In this document: one piece after another, positions 1-23,477 of the stretch | How positions within the stretch are numbered: the stretch's first letter is position 1 | Layout: every line of letters begins with the position of its first letter | Source: Sphaerodactylus townsendi | Taxonomy: Eukaryota | Length of the DNA: 64,000 nt | Assembly: GCF_021028975.2 (NCBI RefSeq) | Contig: NC_059428.1 | Span: 149,544,001-149,608,000, forward strand | Reading direction: 5' to 3' | The notes under the pieces: model-generated | The model's input: the letters and a program-made list of their open reading frames with translations, nothing else | Database searches by the model: none | Told to the model about the DNA's origin: nothing | Program-made: the position numbers and the translations under genes

Positions 1-146
1 GGAGCTCTGTCGGAGGTCAGCAGTCTGCAGCCCCAGGAAAGACCTCCCCTCTTGAGCCCTCCCCTCCTGGGGTGCCACCACACCCCAAAAACTACCCAGG
101 TTTGCCAGCCCTCACGGATCCTTTGATCTTTCTCTCGCTGCTGCAG

Positions 147-7662
<7,516 letters not shown>

Positions 7663-7906
7663 ATCGAGCATGGCCAGTCTGAAGGAACAGGAAGGGGCCC
7701 GGGTTTCCAGATCTTTGCAGGGCACGCTTCCCTCACCAGGAGAGGCTGCTGTGGCGCTTCCGGTCCGTTCCCCTGTTTGAGGAGCAAAGTCCCCGGAGTT
7801 CCTCAGATCCATTCACTGCTGGCAGGAGACAGAAGACCCAGAAAAACCGTCGAGTAGAACTGGTGGCTGCAGATTGTGTGGGGGAGTTTTGTAACATTAT
7901 TTTGTT

Positions 7907-7912
7907 AATAAA
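7907..7912 (+). terminator. ERN2 polyadenylation signal AATAAA
   Basis: AATAAA ~245 nt after the stop codon, in T-rich context. Confidence 0.7.
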
Positions 7913-8299
7913 ACCCACAAAACAGAGCTTCAGCTGCAACTGCTCGATCCAGCAGGAAGAGGAGAGCTGTGCGTGCGTGCGTGAAGTGCCGTCAAGTCAC
8001 CACAATGCTAAGGCCGAATGTCCTCCAAAACAGTCCTCTCGTGGACAGCCTTGGCCAGGTCTTGGAAACTGAGGCCGTGGCTTCGTTTGACTCACACGAG
8101 GACGCCGTGGGCTATTCAAAAAAATGAGGAGCTGCGCATCTTCTGCCAAGAGCCCCACAGCCAAGGGAGGATTTCTGGTCCCATCCTTTTCAGAGCAGAC
8201 ACAGCCTGTGGCTGGCGCTAACGCTCAGCATGGTTCAGCCTCTGCTGACAAGGGATGGCTTGCACCTCACGCCTGGAGGTAGAAACATCTTTGCCAGGA

Positions 8300-9085
8300 G
8301 GTGCACAAACCTGATCAGAAGGGCTTTAAACTGAGTTATGTGAAGGAGGGAGACAGTATTCAAACAGGCAGGACTTCAGCAAGTGATAGTGATGATCATC
8401 CAAAGGTGATAGAGAGAACTGAGCAAATAGGTCAAGAAGCCAACAGAGGGAGGGAAAAATCCTTAAAGAAGCAGCCAGAGGAAATGCACCATGGCCTTTG
8501 ATGTTTCTACACCAATGCACAGAGTATGGGAAATACCTTAACACAGAAAAACAAATAGGATATAATATTATTTATCACTGAAACCTGGTGGGATGAGTCT
8601 CGTGATTGGAACATAAGAATTGAAGGGTATAATCTATTTCAGAGAAACAGAGGAAAGGAGGAGGAGGAGGAGTATACGTAAAAGATTATTAACAGCTGTG
8701 AACAGGTCCATGACTTAAATCCTGCAAGCCAGGTTGAGAGCATTTGGGTAAAAATTAAGGGGGAAAGAAACAACACTGATTTCATTGTGGGGGTCTACAA
8801 TCCAGTCTCAAGAGATGCATTCTTGGAACAAATGGCCAAATTTTCAGACAGGAAAAAAATAGTAGTCATGGGAGATTTCAATTATCCTGATTTTTGTTGG
8901 GAGTCAAATTCTTCCATGGCAATCAAGTCCAACAAATTTCTAACTTGCCTTGCAGACAGTTTCATGGTCCAGAAGGGGAACAGCTATTTTAGATCCATTC
9001 CTAACCAAAAGGGATGCTGAGTATAGCCAAACACACATTCTAGATTTTAAGAAAGCAGATTCAGTAATCTTAGGAATCTACTGGG
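8300..9085 (+). mobile_element. Degenerate CR1 LINE fragment (ORF1 end / ORF2 endonuclease)
   Basis: Disrupted motifs [36 protein letters not shown] typical of the CR1 APE endonuclease; AT-richer than flanks. Confidence 0.8.
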
Positions 9086-10161
9086 GTTTTGTGAATTATT
9101 CGCCCCCTCCTGATTACCTAAGAGGACTTTCTTTCTCCTGTTCCTTGTTATCTGTTCTATAAAGCTACTGAAAGGCTAGAATGATGGCACGGGGGCTCAT
9201 ACAACAGGCCCTTCCCCACATGCTGGGCGCTGGCACTGCCCTCTGCCCGCCGTATTGGCAGCGGTGCGGCTTTGGCTGGGCTCCTCTGGTGCAGAGCCCT
9301 CCCCATTGCCTTTGTAGTCCTGGTTAAGAACTCCAGGAGAGCCCTGCAGAAGCACCTCAGAGAACCCCAGGCCAAAGGAAATGCACAACTCTCTACCAGG
9401 AATTTGCCAACCCACCCTCCACAGAGTCCGGCCACAACTTGCCCCAAGGGATGCCACACTCCACTAGAGAGGTGTGAGCCACTGAAGGAGGCCACCTTAT
9501 GACACAAAAGGCAAAAAGAACGGGCCACTGCCAACACCCCCATCCCCAGCATCTCTGGCAAAAAGACACCACAGCACACGATCCACTTTTCAGTTTTAAT
9601 CTGTACAAGGGAACAGAAACAAACCAGGCAATTAACAACAGGAGCAACCGTTTGGACAGTTCCAGACTGCTTAGTGTTTGGCAGAGGCCTACGCCCCTGG
9701 GCACAGGGACAGCATGAAGCCAAGCCAAGGGGCAGCTGGGAAGATGTGCGAAGGGGTGGAGAGGGGAGTACTCCACATCTGCCCTGCATGTCCTTCGGCT
9801 TGCTCGCTAGCTCTGGTACAACCAACCCCAAAAGACCGTGACTCCGTCCAGAGCTCCTCCAGTTTCCTCATAAGATGACACCTGTTGGGAGTCTGAGCAG
9901 CAGCTATGAGGGACAGCCATCCTGGGGCCCCCCCCCCCCCCCCCCAACAGCTTCCCTATGTTGCCTGCACAGCTCCAGGGAGCCTGGCCCCACAACCACC
10001 ACCTGGATATCCCATAGCCCCCAGCAAGGTATAGCAAGTTCTCCTGTGGAGTAGAACAGGGCCAGCGGGTGAGTGGCTACAGGGTTGGGAATCACCCCAG
10101 GCACCTGGCTATGTTGGGGGATGTCAGCAGCTGTGCCTCCCTGGCTGGGGTCCAGGGAGGC

Positions 10162-10167
10162 TTTATT
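10162..10167 (-). terminator. Probable DCTN5 polyadenylation signal (AATAAA on minus)
   Basis: TTTATT on + strand ~245 nt past the stop. Confidence 0.55.
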
Positions 10168-10409
10168 TCTGTCAGCTCAACAACCCTCCGTCTTGTCCCA
10201 CAAAGGAACTGTGGGGCCGGAGCTTAGCTGATCTTCCTGACGTTTGTTGCAGGACAAGGTGAGGAATTATCTCAACCCTCCCAACTGCGAAGTGCAGCCC
10301 ACGGGGGAGGGAGGGAGGGAGGTGCAAAAGAAAAACAAAACTTGAGACCGTGATTCCCCTCAAGACCCCTGCAAGACCCTTCTGCCAGAGCCAGACTCCA
10401 GGGAGAGGC

Positions 10410-13593
<3,184 letters not shown>

Positions 13594-16500
13594 ATGGCTG
13601 CCCCGGTGGAGGCGCGGAGCTCTTGCGACAAGGAGGAGGTGGGCCGTTCCCACGTGCAGTGGGGGGCGGGGTGCGAGTCAGAGCCGGCGGGCCGTAAGCT
13701 CTCCACCTCTCTCGGATGAGCCTCCCTTGCGGGGTTGTTGTGAGGCTCAAAGGGAGGAAGCCGGAGTAGCATGGGCCGGCCTGGGCTTCCAAATGTGACA
13801 GAAAGACCACGAGGGCTGTGCTTCTTCCAATGGGAGGCTCCCTGCTGTGACTTTACGAATTGCTATTGAGTCTCCTCCCTGCATCTAGAAAGTCAGCATG
13901 GGAGGGAGGGAGGGAGGTTGCTCTTGGCGCTGGCTGTCTAGTTGCACTGCGCCCCACCACAGTGGAAGCCTACACCTGCACCCTACCTTGGCCCTTGTTC
14001 CCTCGCACGTGTGAACCGCTCCTTTGGCGGGACAAAGCCATCTATCCATTTGTGTGCTTTGCCATCCAGTCCCAGCTGATTTCTGGTGATGCCGTAGTAG
14101 GGTTTTCAAGGCAAGAGGCATTCAGAGGTGGTGTTTGCTGTTGCCCGCCTCCATGTCATGCCCCAAAGGTTCCCACCCAAATCCTAGCCAGGGGCTGTGT
14201 GACTGACCCAAGGTCATCCAGCAAGCTTCCATGGCACAAGTGGGGAATTCAACCCGGGGTTTCCCAGATCCTACTCCAACACTTTTAACCACTACACCAC
14301 GCTGCCTCTCTAGTTATTTTTACCTCACTCGTTTTCCCCAAAGAGATGGGGTGGCCTCCGTGGCTCTGAGCAGCAACGCTGGGAAGTGTTTGGAGACAGG
14401 GGATCCCTTTCCCCACAGGAGCCTCCAATTCTACAGTGCACCTTTATATTAAAAAAACTTTATATTAAAAACTCCCCAGAAATTTAGCATGGAGGATTGT
14501 TTTCTGCTGGCTTGTGATTTTTGTAGTGCAGGGAGTATTTTTTTTCCTTTTCAAATGCAAAGGAACATGCAGAGGTGAAACCCACCGCCTGCAGTCTGAA
14601 ATGATATCCTCCGGGTTACCACCTCAGGATGTTTGCAGATATGAGCCACTGCAGGCCACTGAGATGGGATCTCTCTTGGGCTCAGCGTTTCCTGGCTTTC
14701 CACAGTTTTAATAACTTCTGCAGTGCAGAGGTGGGTGGATTCTGGGTGTTGTACTGTTTGATTCTTGTGAACATCAGAGCAGCCCAGCTGGCCTCTTCTC
14801 GCTCGTTGGTGTCCCAGCTAAAGGAATTTCAGTTGATGTCTGAGCATGGCTTGCCTGCTGCAGAAGTCTTCAGAGCAGAAGTTCCGACCCTAGCCTGGGG
14901 TCCCAATTCCTCTAGTAAGGCTAGATCAGTCGTTCTCAACCTTCCTAACGCCGCGACCCTTTAATACAGTTCCTCATGTTGTGGAACTGTACCTAACATT
15001 TATCCATTTTATAGATGGAGAACACTGATGCAGAGAGTCTTAGGCGACCCCTGTGAAAGGTCGTTCGACCCCCAAAGGGGTCCCGACCCACAGGTTGAGA
15101 ACCGCTGGGCTGGATGGTTTGTAATCTGGGGAGAAGACTTCCTGTCTAAGCCACTGTTTTAAATGGCAGCATTGCAGTGAATTGCAGGCATGATCCCTAA
15201 CAGCACCCTTGCAATGTCTGTGTCTTGCAGCTGAAGGAGAAGTTGGCCTCCCTGCAGAAAGAATACAGGAAGACTTTCGGCAGGCTGCAGGTGAATCAGC
15301 AGAGGCCGATCTGTCAAGCCTCTCCAGGTGGAGGAGAGGGAAGTTCTGTGCTTCACAAAACAAAACGGTGCCACAAATGTTCAAAACTGCGGGAAGGGCT
15401 AATCCTTTGCTTCGTTCTCTGCAGCGTGCTGCAAGGACCGAGAAGGTCAAGAGTCATGTCAAGGAAACGATTGCGAGGCAAAATTGCTGGCTTCTGCAGG
15501 CGGCGGCTGAGGAGGACCCTGCAGGTAACCAATAAGACGTGCCAGTCAGGAGGCCGTGAGTTTCCAGCCCTGCACGCCTTCAGACCTGGAAGGGAGGACG
15601 GGCCAGGGGACTTGGCTGATACTTAGTCCCTTCTGGGGAAGAGGGGTGGCTCTGTGCCTGTTCTGTCTCTGTGCAATACATGATATAGACCAGAGATGCG
15701 CCCTTCTGACTCCACATGGATGGAAGGAACCGTTCTGCTTTTCCCGCTCCTTTTGTTAAAAGGGTATCTGGGGGCCCTTCAAGACACCAAGTTTTTCCGT
15801 CCCATTTCTGTTCACTCGCTCCAGTTGCTCTTCTAGAAAGTTTCCCACTTGGTAAAAATGTGCCTCCCTTCCTCGTTGGGGAGGGAGGGAGGAAGCTACT
15901 CAGCACCTGCTTTTCATTTCACAGCATCCTCCTGCCAGGTGGCTCCCGAGGCCTCTGCCAGCCACCTGCCTGGTTCTTGTTCTGAGACGAACGCTCTGAG
16001 AACCCCATCGGTGACCTTCAATCTTGAGCCTGAGGTGTTCAGCCCGGGAGGCTCCTTGCCTGAGAACTGGGGCTCAGTGTGTCCTGACAGGACGCATGGA
16101 AGGATTCTCCGGGGCCTTGGGCTGCCTGCTCTGGAAAAAAAACCAAGCCGCCTGTCCAGAAGCAGAAGGAAGGGACCGCCAAGGGGGCCTTTGGAGGAGA
16201 GAAGAGAAGATACGCCTGAAGCAGGGAAGGAAGGGCCCAGCCTGGAGGGTCCTCAGTCACCGGTCTTCACGAGGCTCAGCAGCAGTTTCGAGATTGATCG
16301 CAGGATCCTGACAATGCCTTTGGCAGCTGCAGCAAGAGAAGGAAGCAGCCCGTCCCCCTCCCTGACACCACAGCCAGAAAGTCCACATGGGGAAAACATC
16401 ACGCCCAAAGTCCTCCATCCACTTCCTGGGATCCTCTTAGAAGAGAGTCGGGGTCTCTCCCCTGAGCCCCTCTGGACCGAAGGCATCTCTGCCACCCCTG

Positions 16501-19500
16501 AAGATTCAGCAGTCAAGGACATGCCATTTCTTGCCCACGTTCAGAAAGCCTCAAAGGAAAAAGAGAGAGGCAGGGAGGGGGAGGAAGAAGGCCGGTGCAG
16601 ATCCGCCTCCTCTGAGGGTGCAAGAGAACCGTGCCAAGAAAGAAGCCTTCCTGGGGAGCCGCAGAGCTCCAGCTGTCTTGCCACTGAGTCTCCCGTCTCC
16701 AAGCCAGGAGAGGCGGGTTCCAGAGGGGAGGCTGAGGCTGGGTCTCCCCCCCTGCAGGCGGTCTCTCCTTCCACCCCCACCCACAGCCTTCTGGACTCTT
16801 GCACAGTTGTGGAGGGGCTCCTGTTTCCAGTGGAATATTACGTGAGGACCACCCGGCGAATGTCCCGTTGCCAGCGGGAGCTGAACCTGGAAGCCGTCAT
16901 TCGGAGCCAGCTGGGCAAGAGGAGGAGGAGGGGCCGGAGGGTCTCCCTGAAGGACACGGTGCCAAGTCCCACTCCCTCCGCCCAAGAGCTGCCAGGAAGT
17001 GGGGCCCTTTCTGCCCCTCCCCAAGCAGGCCGGGAAAGGAGGAGCGGGTCTCCATTGGCACTGGAGAGCCCCAGGGCTGGCGAAGGGCTGCCTCAGAGCG
17101 GGACTGTCACGAGGCAGAGGCGGAAGGGGAGAGGGCGACCCCGGCACGGGACTCCAAGCCATGGGGCTCGAGAACCATTGGCATTGGGGGGTCTCGAAGG
17201 AAACGGCTGTCTTGGTTCGAGTGAGAGGTGTCAGCCGGAGCCTCAAGAGCAGGCTGGGAACTGGGACCATTCTGGGATGGAGCCAGCACCCAGGGGCAAG
17301 ATGTCTTCACCTCCAGGTGAGCCCTCAAGTAAAAGGTGAGGCGTGAAGAGCCCCCCCCCCCCCCGGTGTGTGATGCTTGAAGTCACTGAGACTGGAGTAC
17401 GGCAGTCCTGGGGTGGCATTCACAAATGCACCGGGAAGGGCCCAGGTTGCATGCATCCACCCACTGGGCAGCCAGAGACAAGTTTCTCTTCTATGTTTGC
17501 AGGTCGAAGAAGGAGCAGGCCATGCGTCGGAGTTTTGCTTGGCTGCCCTCTCCAGTGGCTGCCCTCAGACTTGGCCCTCCAAGAATTTCACTTGCCTGCA
17601 GAGGAGTTTGGCCTCCTTCAGTCAGAAAAGGTCAGGGCTTCTGCCAGGAAGCCCCCAGAGGCCGTGGGTTCTGGCGAGCCGCTCGAGCGTCTCCAGGGGG
17701 CCGATCCTGCCAACCTGCAGGCAGTGGAAGAGAGTCCAGGTGATGTTCTCTTTCCTCCGGAGGACGAGTCCTCTGAGCTGTGCCTCCCTCCGCAGGACTT
17801 GCACTCGAGCAAGCTGCTCCTCTCCCCAACAGATGTTGTCCTGGAGGGGGGCATCAGTCAGCTGGAAAGCCACCTGCCCACCCCTCTGTTCCCTCTGGTG
17901 GGGACAACCCCTGCCACTCAGGACTTTCGTGGCTCACCTGGGCAAGGGCAAGCCAACCCCTCTCAGGAGCCAAGTGCCAAAGCGGCGGGCACGCAGATCC
18001 GTGGCACAGGGGAAGAGCGATCCCGTGTGGCAATGTTGTGCCCCAAGGACGGAGAGGGAGCCAGCTGGAAGCCTGACGAACCAGGCGTGCAAGTGGAAGC
18101 AAGGCAGGAGCTGACAGCTAAGTCTGGAGAGCAGTGCGAGGCCTCTGTCAACCAGGTAAGAGGAGGAGAGCCTCCCTAGGAGGGCCCGCGAGTTGTCCTG
18201 GGAGAAGGTGCACATCGCTAGAGAACCCCACAACCAACATCTGTCTTGCCTGGGGAACTGACATCAGCGTTCACCCCCCCTTTCCGCCCTCAGTCTCTTT
18301 GCTCCGCCTCCAAAGCCCCTCCTGCCCCTCCTGCTCCAGGGGTCTGCGTGAGCTGCTGTCCCCCTTCCTCTTTTCCTTGGTGCCTCTTTCCTTTCGCTCT
18401 CTGTTGGGTCCTCTTCCCACAGCCTCTCTCCTGCTTTGTGTTCGTTCTGCTGGTCCCGGGCCCTCTCCATGCCTCTGACTGGTCCACTTTTTCCTGCCCG
18501 CGATCATCCTCGGGGCATTAAGACCTTGCAAAAGGTTCTGGTTTTTTAATCTGACCTTTCACTTTCACGCATGGATCCCGCGCTGTTTACCAGCATCCTG
18601 TGGCTGGACGTTTTCTCCTGAGTAGCTAGGACGTCTTTGACGTTCAGACTACCCTTTCTTCCCTGCGGGCAGGTTTATTCAGCTCACTCACAGGGCTGAG
18701 GGTAGCTGGGAATGGAGAGCGCTGCAGCTGCCTTCCTTGAGACCAGAGTGCCGGGGGGGGGGGGGGCTTTTCTCCTCACTGTCCCTTGATATGTTCCCTC
18801 AGCAGGAAAAAGCAGAAGACTTGGCAGCGGGGGGGCCGACACATCGCCGTGGAGAAGGGAATTGGAAGATGACCTCCAAGCTAAAGGTGGGCAGGAGAGA
18901 AGTGCAGGCAGTGGGGGTTTGTTGTCCAGCTTCTGGACTGTGCGGAGGACGCCTTGTGCAGACGCTCGCTTGCCTGTGTCACTTGTGGACAGACCTCCAG
19001 GCTTCCTTGGTACATCCAGCAGGCAAATTGCCACTTGCAGCTCCCAGGCAGACTGGAGCTCTGGGGCTTCTCCCCCGCCCCCCAAAAATAATGGCCAGGC
19101 GGTGGGAGCACCCAGCACCCCCACCCCCCCCGTCCCTGCCCAAACCCAGAGCCGTGCCTTGCTGCTAACGCTTCAGATTGACAGACCCTGCTTGGAGCCC
19201 ATAAATGCCTGTGCTGGAAGAATTCCCTTCCTTCTCCTGCTTTGTCCAGAATTCTGCAGGTTCCTGCACTGTGGATTTGAGCGCTGTGTGGTGGGAGATA
19301 GCGGACTTCACCGAATTGTGCGTTGTGACTGCTTGCGAGGCCTCCGTTGCCCTCTGGAGGCACCTGGACTCCGGCTGCTGGGAAACAGTCCACACCTGGA
19401 GCTTTGCAGAGGTAGAGGAGGGTGCCTTGCTGGGGCCCGTTGCTGGCTATGGCTTCCCTGGGCTCCTTCTTTGCAGACGGGCTCTGAGGACCGTCCCGAG

Positions 19501-22500
19501 AGGCTGTGCAGACCCTGCTGTATCAAGCAGCGGCCACTGCTTGCACCTTCCTAGCCACACTGGGACCCAGATCCTTTCCTCCCCACCAGGAGCCGGCACA
19601 GTTGGGTTGTTGCTCTCCATTTCCCCCTCTGACCCCCCATTTTCCAGGCTGGCCAATGGCAGAGAGCCCTCCTCGTTGGCTCCAAACCCCCTTTCTCGAG
19701 GCCAGCCCGGTTTGCAGCTGCTGAATGAACAGTTCAGCCCCGTGAATTTGGGGCATGTCGAACGGGCTGCTGACCTCCCCCTGTGTGTGGGGTGTTTGCA
19801 AGGAGCGGGGGAGGGAGGGCAGCTTTGGCCCAGCCTGGGTGGGGCTGAAGGCGACTGGATCGCTGTGGCTCTCCTCCCCCAGGTGCCAGTCTTCCAAATC
19901 GTCCCCCTGCCTGGCGCCCCCAGCATTGTGTGCGTGGCCTTGGGAGACCTGGAGATAGCTGAGGTCAGGTGGGTGACTGGAGGCCGCTGGTGGCCAAGGG
20001 AGGCCACGGTGTGTTTCTTGGCATGGCCACTGCAGGGCTCCAGGAGGGGCCCTTTGGAATGCTTGGGAGGGGTCTGTGCTGTGCATGGAGGTCACGTGGC
20101 CTGCCCCGGAGGAGATGGGCAGGGGTGGGGGATTATGAAGAGGGGCATCTCAATCCGTGCGAGAGGGGTGGGCTCAATTAAGCCCTCGTCCATATTTGGG
20201 GCTTGGCGGTCCTCCTACTTTTCAGGCAGGGTGGATCCCTTAGTTTTTCTTCACTGGCTTCCAAATCTAATCCCAGGCACAAAGTCCAGTGCCAAACAGT
20301 CACAGTTGTGGCTGTGTGTGTAGGGGTGGGGGTGACTTGCTTCCCACTTTTGCAGATGTTTGCATGAACCATGCTGGCAGGGGCTGATGGGATTTGTAGT
20401 CCATGAACATCTGGAAGAGTTGCAGGTTGCAGACCCCTGGGCCAGACAGACTCTGCTTTCCCTGGGCCAGGTGGAGAGGGTGTGTTTGAGGCCCTGCGCT
20501 TTCCAGGTGCACGCAGACCCGATTCAGTTCAGGCAGAAGCACCAGGAGAGGAGGGGGCTTACCCTAATCCCACAATAATGGCCCAAGGTTTAGGTAGTTG
20601 CCCCTTTTGAGCTGCCAGTTCAGTGTTCCCCTCCGGGCGCTGGCTGAAGCNNNNNNNNNNNNNNNNNNNNNNNNNNNNNNNNNNNNNNNNNNNNNNNNNN
20701 NNNNNNNNNNNNNNNNNNNNNNNNNNNNNNNNNNNNNNNNNNNNNNNNNNNNNNNNNNNNNNNNNNNNNNNNNNNNNNNNNNNNNNNNNNNNNNNNNNNN
20801 NNNNNNNNNNNNNNNNNNNNNNNNNNNNNNNNNNNNNNNNNNNNNNNNNNNNNNNNNCGATCTCTTCAGCAGCCACTGCTCAAGGCGGGAAATATCAAAG
20901 CTGTTCTTGGCTTGAGCGGCAGGAGGCTGGTCAGCAGCTGCGACGGAGTTGTGGAAGTCCTTTCCTTCCCTGATGCAGGAGGGTGAGAAAGACGGGTGCG
21001 GTGGGGTGGGGGCGTCTTCCACGCCCCACCAGAGGAGCAGCCTGCGGCTACCACCAGTCGCCATAACCTCGTTGGTGTCTTCCCATCTTAGGGGCTGTGT
21101 GAGGCAGACCTTGTTTCCTCCAGAGGAGACCACTTTGGCTTTTGCTGCAGTGGACGGGATGGCCGAGGCTTTGGTCGGCCTGACGGCCGCCAACTGTGTG
21201 GTGGTCTGGTAAGCTTCTTGCTTGGAGCTCCGCTGACTCTGAGGTAGTTAATGACCAGAACTGTGGTAGAAGGGCTTCCCTCGTGCAAAGGCAACGGAGG
21301 TTCGGACCTGCCGGTGCTTGGCGGGGAGGGGCATGGATGGGCCCTTGGGGTCCAGACCCCTTCTTGCTAGAAGGGTGCGGTCTTCCCTCAAGCTCAAAAG
21401 CAGCTGTGCCCTCTCCTCCCCCTTTCTGAGCACTCTTGCTGACCGGGGCTGGGAGTGAAATGTAGTTTGCAGAGCTGGCATCTGCTCTGCAGCCCAGCAA
21501 GGACCAGAATGCCCCTGGACGCTGCCTTCCTTCTTCCCGCAGGAACCTGAGAACTGGGCAGCTGCTGTGCCAGATGCCACTGGGTTACCCCTACCCTGCG
21601 CCAGTCTGCCACCAGGCCTACTCCGACTCGGTTAGTTCCCTCCATAAAGTAGACAAAGCCAGTGGAGGGTTTCTGGGATGGGAGGCGTTTTCTCCACCCT
21701 ACCCTGTCCGTTCTATGTCCTGGCTCCCTGCCATCTGATGCCTGTTGAGATTTGGACCCAAGAGGTCCTCTCTGGCAGCGTATCCTGGGGGCTGCCTGCT
21801 CACCCACGCTCTGGCACCCCCCCGCCCCACCAGCAGGCTTGCCCAGGGGATTTGGCAAGACGGCTTTGGATTGGCAGGCAAAGGGCTCAAGGCTCCAGTC
21901 CCCTGAAAGTGCTCCAGGCAGGAACAGCATTGATTTTTATTTTGTAAGAGACACCTGGCATTTAAAGGGCTTTCAGAGCAAGGTCTCTTCAGCATGAAGT
22001 CTGCCAGCTGCCACCTTGAAGTGCTGTCTCCGTCTACCCAACAATGTCACATGGGCAATGGCATGTAAACAATCTAACAGAAAATTTATATCAGCTACTA
22101 CTCTGTCACACAGACCCCGGATGTTAACATCCGTCCCACTTAGTAGGATATGATGTTGTGTTTCAGGCCTACCTAGAGCCCCACCCACCTCACAGGGTGT
22201 TTGTTGTGAGGGGGGAAGGGCAAGGATATTGTAAGCTCCTTTGAGTCTCCTACAGGAGAGAAATCCAAACTCTTCCTCTTCTTCTTCTAGTTGTGGGGAT
22301 GGGATGGACTAGAACTGCATTTCCACCATCTTCCTGCACCTCCCCCCCTGCCCCCCACCAGCAGCAGGTGGTCCCATTTCTGTTCCCTCTCTTGTGATGC
22401 AGGGCCTCCTGTTTGTGGTTTTAAGTCACCCGCATGGCAAGGTAAACGAGTCGATTGGCAGCCCTGCTTTCCAAGTGGTCGCATTCAATCCCAAGACGGC

Positions 22501-23365
22501 CAGGAGCGCCCAGGTGATGACCGTCACCCTCCCGCCGGATCTCCAAGGAAGGCAAGTTGAATCCCCAGCAAAGAGCCTTTGGAACAGATGGACCCCGAAC
22601 CAGTTGGTGGCCAGAGCGTGCAGGAGTTGTCAGTCCCTTGGGCCCAGAATCTGGGACCTCAATAAGTGCATGGGACATTTTGGATAGCTTGTTAAAGCTT
22701 CTCCTTTCTTTGTGTGAATCGGAGAAGCCTGCCTGGTAACGCAGCTTGAAGATTGGCGGAAATATTTGGTCTCTTTGCTGCGGGTGCCAAAAGGCAACCT
22801 TCATCCCAAACCAGCAGAGATATTCTGCTGCACAAGCCCCAGCAAAATATGTGGGGACTGTGCCAGCCATTGGGCATGCTTTTTGGGGGCGCCATTCTGG
22901 CTTGAATCCCTCTTCCAGTGTCCCTCTGTGGAGAGGAGCCTGCCCAGTAAGCTCTCCCTGTGTGTGTGTGTTTTTGGTGCTAGGAACCTGGAAGGGGACG
23001 TACGGGACGCATCTGCAGCAGCCGTGCTGACCTCTGGAGCCGTTGCTGTGTGGGATTTGCTACGGGGAGAGTGCACGGCTCTGTTGCCCCCCAGTTCCGA
23101 GGGGAGGTGGTCTCTCGTCAGGTGGTCTGTCACCGACAAGTGTCTCCTGGCAAGCCGGGCGGATGGCCGTGTCTGCATCTACAGCTACGTGGCCAGGCCA
23201 TGCTCTATCCCTGAGGCGGTCCAGCAGGATGGCCAGAGTTCTTGGCCTGACCGGTTGCCCACTGGGGCTTTTTCCTGCCAGAAACTGCCAAGGTTTGGCG
23301 ATAAGCAGGAACAGGCCCACAGAGACTTCTCCAGCTCCCTGTTGTTTTCACCAAGAACTGGCTGA
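13594..23365 (+). CDS. PALB2: Partner and localizer of BRCA2 (~1150 aa). Exons: 13594-13638, 15231-15290, 15425-15524, 15925-17316, 17503-18155, 18803-18886, 19250-19411, 19883-19968, (gap)-20982, 21092-21208, 21543-21630, 22403-22551, 22984-23365
   Basis: Coiled coil [22 protein letters not shown]; ChAM motif [28 protein letters not shown]; MRG15-binding [10 protein letters not shown]; WD40 exons of 162, 86, 117, 88 and 149 nt; head-to-head with DCTN5. Confidence 0.93.
14927..15107 (-). mobile_element. SPIN/URR1-like hAT MITE in PALB2 intron 1
   Basis: TIRs CAGTCGTTCTCAACCT / AGGTTGAGAACCGCTG; 8-bp TSD GGCTAGAT/GGCTGGAT. Confidence 0.85.
20651..20857. other. Assembly gap (207 N) hiding the acceptor and 5' part of PALB2 exon 9
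   Basis: N run followed directly by in-frame [20 protein letters not shown]. Confidence 0.95.
22170..22288 (+). mobile_element. 3' fragment of Squam3-like SINE
   Basis: CCCCACCCACCTCACAGGGTGTTTGTTG...AAATCCAAACTCTTCC. Confidence 0.7.
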
Positions 23366-23471
23366 GCAAAGGACCCCAAGGGCCTGTCATGGGCGAGGCC
23401 TATCTGGCTACTCTTTGGGACCTCAGCACTGTTCAAATGTGTTCTCTGTAGTGCCTTAACTTTCAAATACT

Positions 23472-23477
23472 ATTAAA
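23472..23477 (+). terminator. Probable PALB2 polyadenylation signal ATTAAA
   Basis: ATTAAA ~107 nt after the stop, followed by GT/T-rich sequence. Confidence 0.55.

Noticed and set aside
17331-17342. Alternative PALB2 exon 4 donor AAG|GTGAGG
   Set aside because: Phase 2, incompatible with the phase-1 acceptor at 17503; the donor after 17316 fits
20559-21193. ORFs spanning X residues
   Set aside because: Artefacts of the N gap
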